Of a stretch of 64,000 bases of DNA, positions 1 to 7,923 are shown piece by piece. How positions within the stretch are numbered: the first letter of the stretch is position 1; every line of letters starts with the position of its first letter. Source of the stretch: a virus (taxonomy: Duplodnaviria; Caudoviricetes); IMG/VR virus record IMGVR_UViG_3300025018_000001. One strand, 5' to 3'. The translations under genes were made by a program, and so were the position numbers. The notes under the pieces are model-generated. The model saw only the letters and a list, made by a program, of their open reading frames with translations, searched no databases and was not told the origin of the DNA.

Positions 1-93
1 TAATTCTGCTCCTTGTTGTTTAACAAAAATATAGTTTAAATGTATAAAAAAATCTAGGCTTTCGTCATAGAAATTTTTAATTTCCATTTTCAT
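1..93 (-). CDS. 5' fragment of hypothetical protein, runs off the left edge (MKMEIKNFYDESLDFFIHLNYIFVKQQGAEL...)
   Basis: ATG at 93 with an open frame to base 1, downstream of the promoter at 224-252. Too short to assign. Confidence 0.45.
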   Translation of the reverse strand, partial: MKMEIKNFYDESLDFFIHLNYIFVKQQGAEL

Positions 94-223
94 AACATTT
101 TCTAAATATTCAAGACTGACCCCCGTGAACCTATAGTCCTTAAGTAAGCTTATAGTAGTCTGGTCAGTGAATCCACACAAGTGTGAGTGGTTGTATAAAA
201 GAAGCTCACCACCAATGTCGTCT

Positions 224-252
224 ATTATAACATCTTCAGAATATTTAGTCAA
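224..252 (-). promoter_or_regulatory. Sigma70-type promoter with extended -10
   Basis: Minus strand reads TTGACT-17 nt-TATAAT (-35 at 247-252, -10 at 224-229), with TG one base before the -10 box, in an intergenic gap. Confidence 0.85.
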
Positions 253-295
253 CAAAACTTTTATATTATTTCCTATAGTAACCATATTCATTTCC

Positions 296-2230
296 TTAAT
301 CTTGTTTAGCAGTACATTTATCACATACTAGTCTAGTACCATAATGGTCGTCCGCCTCAAATCTCATTATATTGTGTTCACATTTTTTACCACTTGCATC
401 CTTTTCTTCACATTCATGCTTTATCCAACAAGGGCCTATTACTGGTGCAGTACGCATGGGCATAACAGGAAAATAATGATTAAAGGCGTCATCCACAGAA
501 CTTACAACTATCTTAGCCACCTCATCTGCATGAGTTATAGGTGCCTCTACAACAATCTCATCATGTACCGACAATAACAAACGTGCACCAACATCTAATT
601 GTTCTAAACGTTCAACACATAATACCATTGCTAATTTAATAGTATCACTGTCGGAACCCTGAATCTTATGATTTTTAGCAGCACGTTCTACCCCACCTAT
701 TATCTTCTTCCTTGCTGGGTCACTCATAGGTGGTATATTGTAAAAACGGTGTCTACCTGTAATAGTAGTACTACTATGTGTACGTACTGCGTCCTTTGCT
801 GCTTTAGTAAGCCAAGTATTCAAAACATTATTGATTCTAAAATATTTATCAATAAGCTTTTGAGCTGTATCCTTAGGTATACCTAAACGTTTACCCAAAC
901 CAACAGCAGAAATACCATAAGCAAGTCCAAATGAAATAGCTTTGGAGGCTTTACGTTGTTCAGGAGTAACCTTATCATATGGCACTTCATAAATTCTAGC
1001 AGCGTTTACTGTATGTAAATCTAAACCTTTCTCATATGTGTCTAAAAAGTTAGGCTCTCCTGACATAGCACCCATAATAACTAATTCTGCAGAGTTCTGA
1101 TCCACAGTTATTAAACACATTTTATCGTCTGCTATAAAACAAGATCTAAACTTTTGCTTTCCTGGTATATTCTGTAAATTAGGGTTGTTAGAAGACATCC
1201 TTCCTGTCGATACCATCTGCTTAAACTGTGTATGTAATCTTCCTGTTTTAGGGTGTATACGCTCAATTAAAGCTTCACCATAAGTATTTACTAACTTGGC
1301 ATTTTGTCTGTAAGATAATAAATCATCTACAACTTTATGACCAGAATATTTTTTTAACGCCTCGTTTGCAGTGGACTCAACCTTAATACCAAGTTTGTTT
1401 AAGGCTGCCTTAAGTTGAACAGGGCTTGCAATATTAACTGTTGGTACACCAAATAACGATAACTGGTCTTGTGTGACTTGTAAGCTATCCTCAATATTCT
1501 TTTTGAACCCTTCAAGCTCACTAGCAAATTCATCCATCATAAGACGCCACTTTGTTACATCTAATTTTACACCATTTAATTCCATCTCACACAGTGGTTT
1601 TATAAAAGCCATTTCTAGTGCTAGTACCTCTTGCAAATTGTACTTCTCTATTCTTTGCATTTGCATACTACGTATTATATCTAATACACAAACATCATTT
1701 GCGGCATATGCAACCTGTTTGTCAGTAAATTCTTGGTCATAAACTTCAAAAGTCCCACGAGGTTCTTTATTCATAACCATTCCTAAGTACTTTTCTACTA
1801 ATTTAGCTAAACTAAAACCAGATACTTGCACACCTAGATACATAAGAATTTCTGCTAGCATTGTATCATAAACATTTTCAATATAAAAACCATACTGAGA
1901 CTTTAAAACTTTCATGTCATAGCTAGCATTTTGAAGTATCTTTAATTGCTTTTTACTTGTTAAAATTTTCTTAAATAAACTACCATGAATAGTAATCCCA
2001 GGTAAGTCACTTCTTACATCAAATACGTAAGCCATATTAGGCACACCTATTTGCAATAGGGTAGTCTTACATCTAAAGGGGTCTAAAGATGTGCCCTCGG
2101 TATCTACCTCCAATATTGGCTGGGTATATAAAAAATCGAGTACCTCTCTAGCTCTAGCTTCATCTTTTATATATTCATAGTTTGGTGTAGGTAGTTCAGG
2201 TAACTCAACAAATGCTTCTAAATTATTCAT
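296..2230 (-). CDS. polA: Family A DNA polymerase with 3'-5' exonuclease, no 5'-3' exonuclease, C-terminal Cys4 extension
   Basis: Exo motifs DTEGT, NASYD, YAAND; TGRMSSNNPNLQNIP; motif A DQNSAEL; motif B RKASKAISFGLAYG; motif C HDEIVVE. Confidence 0.97.
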   Translation of the reverse strand: MNNLEAFVELPELPTPNYEYIKDEARAREVLDFLYTQPILEVDTEGTSLDPFRCKTTLLQIGVPNMAYVFDVRSDLPGITIHGSLFKKILTSKKQLKILQNASYDMKVLKSQYGFYIENVYDTMLAEILMYLGVQVSGFSLAKLVEKYLGMVMNKEPRGTFEVYDQEFTDKQVAYAANDVCVLDIIRSMQMQRIEKYNLQEVLALEMAFIKPLCEMELNGVKLDVTKWRLMMDEFASELEGFKKNIEDSLQVTQDQLSLFGVPTVNIASPVQLKAALNKLGIKVESTANEALKKYSGHKVVDDLLSYRQNAKLVNTYGEALIERIHPKTGRLHTQFKQMVSTGRMSSNNPNLQNIPGKQKFRSCFIADDKMCLITVDQNSAELVIMGAMSGEPNFLDTYEKGLDLHTVNAARIYEVPYDKVTPEQRKASKAISFGLAYGISAVGLGKRLGIPKDTAQKLIDKYFRINNVLNTWLTKAAKDAVRTHSSTTITGRHRFYNIPPMSDPARKKIIGGVERAAKNHKIQGSDSDTIKLAMVLCVERLEQLDVGARLLLSVHDEIVVEAPITHADEVAKIVVSSVDDAFNHYFPVMPMRTAPVIGPCWIKHECEEKDASGKKCEHNIMRFEADDHYGTRLVCDKCTAKQD

Positions 2231-2231
2231 T

Positions 2232-3296
2232 CTAACTCCCTAATAAAGTTACTACTTTAAACATTATATTATAAAACATGTGTTCTGCAGGTTTACCTGT
2301 AAGATAGATTGGTGTTGTTAATTGTGATAAAGCGTTTGAAATATTCTTACCACTAGTTAAGTTGCTTCGTTTTAGACAGCCCACAAAAAAGCCGCATACA
2401 GCAATACGTATACTCTCTACGGGGTATTTCTTGGCTAACTTCTCAAACAATACACAGGATTCTTTAAAATCTCGTTTAATTAATGTCTTACATAGATGTA
2501 TAGTTTCTGCATCATCTTCATCTAAGATAATACCTGTTAGTAACTCTTTAACATTAGTTAAATTCCAAGAACCTTCTGTTATTACAGAGTCTAAACAATT
2601 AAGCGCTTTTCTAGGTACACCAAAAGATAAGTCACAAATATACTTTAATACATCAATGTCATAGTTTACCCCTTCAAATTGAGCTACGTTTTCTAACATT
2701 TGCATTATCTCTTCAGGAGATAAAGGTTTCAGATGCAATATCTTACACCTATCTAGAAACGGATCGTCATCCGTATTTTTACTTGTTAGTTTCTCTGGCT
2801 CATTAGTACAAAATATAATATACACATGTGAGTAACAATCTTCCATACGCTTTAGTAATAAAGCTTGTGCTGCTGGAGATAATCTATGCGCTTCATCAAA
2901 TATTAGAACTTTATGTTTAGAGCTAAATGGTGAAGAGGATAAATTCTCAACTAACCCATCTACGGCGTCTTTACCGTTGTTACTACCTACATTTATTTCA
3001 TTAACATCCATACTATTTGAATTTAAAATAGCGGTACAAGAAGAACAAGTAAGACATGGTACTGTATCTTTAGAATTTTCACAATTTAAACTCAGTGCTA
3101 AAATCCTAGCTAAAGTAGTCTTACCTAAACCAGCATCACCTGTTAGTAATAAAATATGAGGTAGTGTACCTTTTATAAGATAATTACTGACCAATGTTTT
3201 AACAGAAGGACTTCCTAAAAATTCTTCTACTGTACAAGGCCTGTACACAGTTAAAAAACCATTTGCGCCTGTCCTTGTTTCTCTTCTTATTAACAT
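2232..3296 (-). CDS. dnaX: DNA polymerase III gamma/tau-like clamp-loader AAA+ ATPase (gamma-length)
   Basis: YRPxxxEEFLG start, Walker A GDAGLGKTT, Zn module CENSKDTVPCLTCSSC, Walker B DEAH, CTNEP, DRC arginine finger, GVPRKAL sensor 2. Confidence 0.93.
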   Translation of the reverse strand: MLIRRETRTGANGFLTVYRPCTVEEFLGSPSVKTLVSNYLIKGTLPHILLLTGDAGLGKTTLARILALSLNCENSKDTVPCLTCSSCTAILNSNSMDVNEINVGSNNGKDAVDGLVENLSSSPFSSKHKVLIFDEAHRLSPAAQALLLKRMEDCYSHVYIIFCTNEPEKLTSKNTDDDPFLDRCKILHLKPLSPEEIMQMLENVAQFEGVNYDIDVLKYICDLSFGVPRKALNCLDSVITEGSWNLTNVKELLTGIILDEDDAETIHLCKTLIKRDFKESCVLFEKLAKKYPVESIRIAVCGFFVGCLKRSNLTSGKNISNALSQLTTPIYLTGKPAEHMFYNIMFKVVTLLGS

Positions 3297-3730
3297 AAGT
3301 ACTCCTTTCGATTTAAATATAATTCAGTTAAGATACCTCTACCTGAGGTAGTTTTAAATTGTTTAAACCCCAAATCTTTGTTAGTACAAAAAGAATTAGG
3401 TATCATACGCATACAAGGTATATCTGATATAAAGCTTCCAATATAAACAGCGTCATCAGCAGTATAATTGTATTTGCGTAAAATTTCAAGTAAAATATCA
3501 CGTTTATTTTTTGGTGCCCAGTAAAAAGGTATATATTTTCTTGTACAGAGATTATAATTAACATTGTTGTCGGCAGATAAGAACACAAACTGGTAGTCGG
3601 ACTTCAACTTGTTTATAGCTTCAAAGTCACCAATGTAAAAATCCTTAAACAGTGTTATACCTATGTTATCAATTCTGCTACATCCAGAAGTAATAACTCC
3701 ATCTATTTCTGAAATTATTATTTTTGTCAT
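3290..3730 (-). CDS. KdsC/YrbI-like HAD-fold protein with degenerate catalytic motifs
   Basis: IIISEIDGVITSG resembles KdsC DVDGVLTDG but with D->E; YIGSFISD resembles GDDxxD; C-terminal GRGILTEL resembles GxGAVRE. Confidence 0.75.
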   Translation of the reverse strand: MTKIIISEIDGVITSGCSRIDNIGITLFKDFYIGDFEAINKLKSDYQFVFLSADNNVNYNLCTRKYIPFYWAPKNKRDILLEILRKYNYTADDAVYIGSFISDIPCMRMIPNSFCTNKDLGFKQFKTTSGRGILTELYLNRKEYLC

Positions 3731-4287
3731 TTTTTACCTACTATTAATATGTCATTTGGGATATTTAGTATACTACTGGTGGGTGTCTTAATAAAATGTT
3801 TAACTGTACAACCTGAATTATTTATAATAGCCCTCCAAAGCCCTGAAGATCTGTGTCTACAAGAGTCCTCTGTATACGAGGATTGTAAGTCACCAGTAAT
3901 TATCATAAAACCACCAGACTTTAAATAAGTGCACAAATTTTCTAGAGCCTTCTGCCACATAAAGTCATTTAATTCATAAGATAGAGTGCTTAATACATGT
4001 ATTACGTCATACTGTCCTATAAATGGGCCTATGCTTTCATAAAGTTCTTTATCGAGTATGTCATAATTGTACACATCAATAAATTTATTAACACAAGGTG
4101 GGTTCTTATCTAAACTCGTAACCAAAGTAGCCTGTACAGTATTTAAATAAAAGTCAACCCAATATTCCTCTGTAGTTGTATCCAGTACACACAAATCATC
4201 GAGGTGGGTACCACAATATTTATACAACATTTTAAATATATAGTTCTCTATTAGATTATTGTAGTAGTTACTGAACCATCTATTCAT
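3727..4287 (-). CDS. Class I SAM-methyltransferase-like protein, degenerate motif I
   Basis: YDVIHVLSTLSY and LKSGGFMII match class I MTase downstream motifs. Motif I reads VLDTTTEE and lacks GxG. Confidence 0.55.
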   Translation of the reverse strand: MNRWFSNYYNNLIENYIFKMLYKYCGTHLDDLCVLDTTTEEYWVDFYLNTVQATLVTSLDKNPPCVNKFIDVYNYDILDKELYESIGPFIGQYDVIHVLSTLSYELNDFMWQKALENLCTYLKSGGFMIITGDLQSSYTEDSCRHRSSGLWRAIINNSGCTVKHFIKTPTSSILNIPNDILIVGKK

Positions 4288-4300
4288 TTAATCTCCCAAT

Positions 4301-4329
4301 ATATTAGCATAGAATTATAATTAAAGCAA
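4301..4329 (-). promoter_or_regulatory. Sigma70-type promoter with extended -10
   Basis: Minus strand TTGCTT-17 nt-TAATAT with TGc before -10, just upstream of the GGGAG RBS of the 4287 ORF. It has the same TTTTGTTG context as the 224-252 promoter. Confidence 0.65.
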
Positions 4330-4459
4330 CAAAAATTTACTTGTGTAGAACAATTATTTAAATTGCAGTTAAAAACGCTTATAATGCCCCGTAGTAGAGT
4401 TTTAATACTAAAGATATGTCAGTACACCTTTTTTAATAAAACACCTATAAAAGACACGT

Positions 4460-4491
4460 GAGGTACCTATACGTTATGCATAGAGTACCTC
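4460..4491 (-). terminator. Stem-loop, possible terminator after the methyltransferase gene
   Basis: Inverted repeat GAGGTAC-CTAT...ATAG-A-GTACCTC just past the stop at 4499, followed on the minus strand by ACGTGTCTTTT (weak U-tract). Confidence 0.45.
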
Positions 4492-4498
4492 ATTTACT

Positions 4499-4978
4499 TT
4501 ACTTAATAACTTTAAGAATAAAGTTAGAATGTACACTTAAAGTACTAATTAATTTTAAGCCTACTTCAGAACACAGTTCTTGTAACCATTTAGTGTTAAA
4601 AATAACGTAATGAAAATTTCCTGGGTAGTCTTGACCTCCAAAAATATGATAAGACACAAATTTAGCATCTTTATTATCTTTGTAGTGCTCAGCAACCCAC
4701 TCCATATCTGGTGTACGTATTTCCAAAGTTCCTCCTAATTTTAAGACCCTGTACCATTCAGTTAACAAGGTTAGAGTTTTACTTATTGGAAAATGTTCTA
4801 TAATATCACTAGCTAATAGGTAGTCAAAATAATTATCTTCAAACGGAAGTACTTCTGCAGAGCTGACTACATCAACTACACTTAAATCTGAACGTTCATC
4901 TAAATTTATACATTTAAATCCTTCGGGATATTCTGTAAATGTCCTGTCACCACAACCAATATTCAATGTCTTTTTCAA
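4499..4978 (-). CDS. Class I SAM-dependent methyltransferase (type 11-like)
   Basis: LNIGCG motif I, LPFEDNYFD, DIIEHF, EWYRVLKLGG...TPD. Start moved from 5005 to TTG 4978, which follows a GAGGT RBS and removes the overlap with the upstream gene. Confidence 0.9.
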   Translation of the reverse strand: MKKTLNIGCGDRTFTEYPEGFKCINLDERSDLSVVDVVSSAEVLPFEDNYFDYLLASDIIEHFPISKTLTLLTEWYRVLKLGGTLEIRTPDMEWVAEHYKDNKDAKFVSYHIFGGQDYPGNFHYVIFNTKWLQELCSEVGLKLISTLSVHSNFILKVIK

Positions 4979-4994
4979 ATTAACCTCTAATAAA

Positions 4995-6116
4995 TTAAAT
5001 TTCAACTGCTTCTATAAAGATCTTTCCTATAATGTCATCAGAGAAATTACTTATAAGCTCCTTCTTTAATTGGTCACCTCTACGTTTTGCTGTTAACTTA
5101 TCTTCAAATACACATTGTGCTAAAGATGCCCCATGTGTTGGGGATGCTTCTGCCCAGTTCATCGACCCTAAGTACCATGGGGAGAAAGGCATACCTGACA
5201 CAGGTGTTTCTACGTAGTTAACTAAGTAACTATTATGACTATTTAAGTACTGTAAAACACCACCATAACCTGTCACTATAACTGGATTACCTGCGGCCCC
5301 AGCATTAGCCGTACTCATTCCCCAACCTTCTGCCCTGTCTAAAGCTATATAACAATCACACCTTTTATGTAGTGCAGTTATTTCCTCTTCACTCAACAAA
5401 TCTAAAATCAAATAGATTGGTGGGTACTTAGGTAGTACAATCATCTGTTTCATACGTTTAATAGTTGCTCGAATTGCATCTCTGTCTGCATCAGCGTAGC
5501 TACTACCGTATGTTTTTAAAACTAGCGCAACATTTTCATCATTCTGAAAAGCCGACCAATATGCTTTTATAGTGGCCAAAGGATTTTTACGTTCAGTCCA
5601 TTGATTAATATTATAAAACAAAAAGGTATCTTTGTCAGGTATGTTTAATATATTACTACAATCTTCATTTTTTGTAAAGTTAAAAGTGTCCACCACATGT
5701 GGTACTACATAAATAGGTATAGTAACACCACTACTTTCAAATACTTCCTTATTCCATGAACAAGGTACAAAAACTTTGTCTACATTGGTGTTTATATATT
5801 TAGGCCATTCTGGATGTAAATGGTCTGTCTCCCACACAGTGTACCCTATATTTATTTTATCTTCCTCACGGTAACGTTCCCAGAATTCTGGAGTTGTATG
5901 TATAATAACAGTGTCATACTCAATATCTTTATTAAGCAACTCAGAAATAATTGAAGAAGCCTCTCCTAAATCTGGTCTAGCTTCCTCAAAAGATATGGGC
6001 GCTATTGTTAAAGGCACACCTAATTTATGTAATGCAAGTATGTAGCCTCTAGCCGCTTTAGCGTAACCAGAATTATCAAGACATGGTGCTATATACTTTA
6101 TCCCTTGTATCCCCAT
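4995..6116 (-). CDS. GT-B (GT4-like) glycosyltransferase
   Basis: N-terminal SGYAKAAR, GYTVWET, RKNP donor-binding motif, AEGWGMSTANA...NPVIVTGYGG (ExFG-like motif). Confidence 0.9.
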   Translation of the reverse strand: MGIQGIKYIAPCLDNSGYAKAARGYILALHKLGVPLTIAPISFEEARPDLGEASSIISELLNKDIEYDTVIIHTTPEFWERYREEDKINIGYTVWETDHLHPEWPKYINTNVDKVFVPCSWNKEVFESSGVTIPIYVVPHVVDTFNFTKNEDCSNILNIPDKDTFLFYNINQWTERKNPLATIKAYWSAFQNDENVALVLKTYGSSYADADRDAIRATIKRMKQMIVLPKYPPIYLILDLLSEEEITALHKRCDCYIALDRAEGWGMSTANAGAAGNPVIVTGYGGVLQYLNSHNSYLVNYVETPVSGMPFSPWYLGSMNWAEASPTHGASLAQCVFEDKLTAKRRGDQLKKELISNFSDDIIGKIFIEAVEI

Positions 6117-6513
6117 ATAAATTCTCCTTTAAATCATTATTGTAATATAAACGTATTACGTCGTCTGTAGGTGACACTATATCAGAAAAACATAATTCAT
6201 ATAAAGGCCAGATCTCTACCTGCTCGTCAGTCTTAGAAACGGCCTTTTGTATAGCTGTTGTCTGTATTGTGAAGAAGTGCACATTAAAATTAACATTGTC
6301 AGTAAAGTTATCTACTAACAACCAATTATATAATAGTAAACCGCACTCCTCCTCACATTCACGTATCATAGCTGCATAAGGTGTTTCATCTACTTCTATT
6401 TTACCACCCACACCATTTAACTTTCCTATTTGCAGCTCAGGTCTTCGTTTACGTATCAGTAAAACATTGTCGTATGTTTCATCAAAAATTACACCAACTA
6501 CGTATTGTTGCAT
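6076..6513 (-). CDS. NUDIX hydrolase (MutT-like)
   Basis: Complete Nudix box GKIEVDETPYAAMIRECEEECGL (GX5EX7REUXEEXGU). Confidence 0.92.
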   Translation of the reverse strand: MQQYVVGVIFDETYDNVLLIRKRRPELQIGKLNGVGGKIEVDETPYAAMIRECEEECGLLLYNWLLVDNFTDNVNFNVHFFTIQTTAIQKAVSKTDEQVEIWPLYELCFSDIVSPTDDVIRLYYNNDLKENLYGDTRDKVYSTMS

Positions 6514-6992
6514 ATTATCTCCTTTCTTTTGTAAATTCTAAAATCAAGTATACCACTAATTCTACTACTTTGCAACTCCCAAATATTTAAATCTATGTCT
6601 TGCCAATAAATATCTCCGACATGTTCAGCATTGATCCTAGTAATATCTAATACATGCGCATAAGAAAGATAGGCATTAAATATTTCTGACCCACCAATTA
6701 CATATATTTTATCGTATACACTAAAATTAGTAATAACATCTTCTAAATTATTAAATTTGTAAGCCCTACAGCCAGTACTATAGTTTAAGTCACGTGTTAG
6801 TACAATATTAGGCCTATTGGGTAGTGGCTGCACAGATAAAGACTCCCACGTCTTTCTGCCCATAACTATTGGGTAACCTGTAGTTACTTCTTTAAACCTC
6901 TTTATATCTTCTGAGTAATGCCATGGTATACTATTATTACAACCCATTACATTGTTGTTAGCTATAGCTAATATAAATATAACTTGTGTCAT
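6498..6992 (-). CDS. folA: Dihydrofolate reductase
   Basis: A..NNVMG.NNSIPWH...D...FK..T, IVMGRKTWESL..PLPNRPNIVLTR, VIGGSEIF. Confidence 0.97.
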   Translation of the reverse strand: MTQVIFILAIANNNVMGCNNSIPWHYSEDIKRFKEVTTGYPIVMGRKTWESLSVQPLPNRPNIVLTRDLNYSTGCRAYKFNNLEDVITNFSVYDKIYVIGGSEIFNAYLSYAHVLDITRINAEHVGDIYWQDIDLNIWELQSSRISGILDFRIYKRKEIICNNT

Positions 6993-7001
6993 AAGTATCT
7001 C

Positions 7002-7853
7002 TTACACACTAAAAGGAAAGTTGATTCCTGGATGACAGTTGTAGCCTTCAACTATAAAATCATTAGCAGTTACCCAAGTTTCCAAGTCTTTTAAAGTTTT
7101 TATATCTGGATTAATCTTTATTTTAGGTAGAGGTAGAGGCTCACGCTTTAATTGAACATCCTGAATCAAGTTTAGTTGATTTTCATATATATGAGCATTT
7201 ATAATTTTATGAAAAGCTTTAGCTGGTTTAAGCCCAGTTATTTGGGCCATAACCATTAAGAACCATGCTACTTGTAGATGATTGAAAACTAAACCTAATG
7301 GGACATCACAGGAACGTTGATAAGATGTTAGGTATAACTCTCCATCTAAGATACTAAAGGTATGGGTATGCATACACGAGTTAAGACACGCCCTATCTCT
7401 CTCGCCTGGATTCATAAAAGTCATTATTTCACTACGATTATCTATTCCCTGTTTTAAATCATTATACACATTTAGTAATTGGTCTATCTTATTACCTTCA
7501 GGTGTTATCCATCCTCTGCCTTGGGCGCCATAACATCTACCCATATCGTCCTCACCTTTCCTCCAAGGATTAGCTAACCAAGCTTCATTATCGTTTGCAT
7601 TAGCTGTCCATGTGTTACACCCTATTGCCCTAAATTGTGCTGCACTTGTATATCCACGTAAGTATCCTAACATCTCTGAAATAGCTTGCTTCCAAAAAAC
7701 CTTTCTGGTAGTTAGCATAGGGAACTCTCCCTCACTAACATCATATTCGAAAGAAGCATCTATAACTGTTAGGCACCTATTACCAGTACGAATATTATCT
7801 ACCCATTTACCTTCACTGACTATTCTATTACATAGGTCCAAATACTGTTTCAT
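7002..7853 (-). CDS. thyA: Thymidylate synthase ThyA (283-aa, Vibrio/Pasteurella-type subfamily)
   Basis: [18 protein letters not shown], catalytic Cys (LNSCM), [14 protein letters not shown] with the dUMP-specifying Asn, NAHIYENQ, C-terminal PFSV. Confidence 0.97.
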   Translation of the reverse strand: MKQYLDLCNRIVSEGKWVDNIRTGNRCLTVIDASFEYDVSEGEFPMLTTRKVFWKQAISEMLGYLRGYTSAAQFRAIGCNTWTANANDNEAWLANPWRKGEDDMGRCYGAQGRGWITPEGNKIDQLLNVYNDLKQGIDNRSEIMTFMNPGERDRACLNSCMHTHTFSILDGELYLTSYQRSCDVPLGLVFNHLQVAWFLMVMAQITGLKPAKAFHKIINAHIYENQLNLIQDVQLKREPLPLPKIKINPDIKTLKDLETWVTANDFIVEGYNCHPGINFPFSV

Positions 7854-7873
7854 AATTATACTCCTTAAATTAC

Positions 7874-7905
7874 TTCAGAGGACAAGTAGTTTACTTGCCC
7901 CCTGA
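7874..7905. promoter_or_regulatory. Intergenic hairpin immediately upstream of the thyA RBS
   Basis: TTCAGAGGACAAGTA / TACTTGCCCCTGAA imperfect inverted repeat with no clear U-tract. Confidence 0.5.
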
Positions 7906-7923
7906 ATAATATGACTACTTATT

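Noticed and set aside
110-215. IS200/IS605 (TnpB) omega-RNA or transposon end on the plus strand
   Set aside because: Only a loose resemblance; no tnpA/tnpB nearby and the conserved pairing elements could not be confirmed. Kept only as an alternative in the leader finding.
7002-7853. dCMP hydroxymethylase feeding T4-style glucosyl-hmC DNA
   Set aside because: The enzyme keeps the Asn (LVFN) that specifies dUMP and looks like ordinary ThyA; it is paired with DHFR as expected for thymidylate synthesis.
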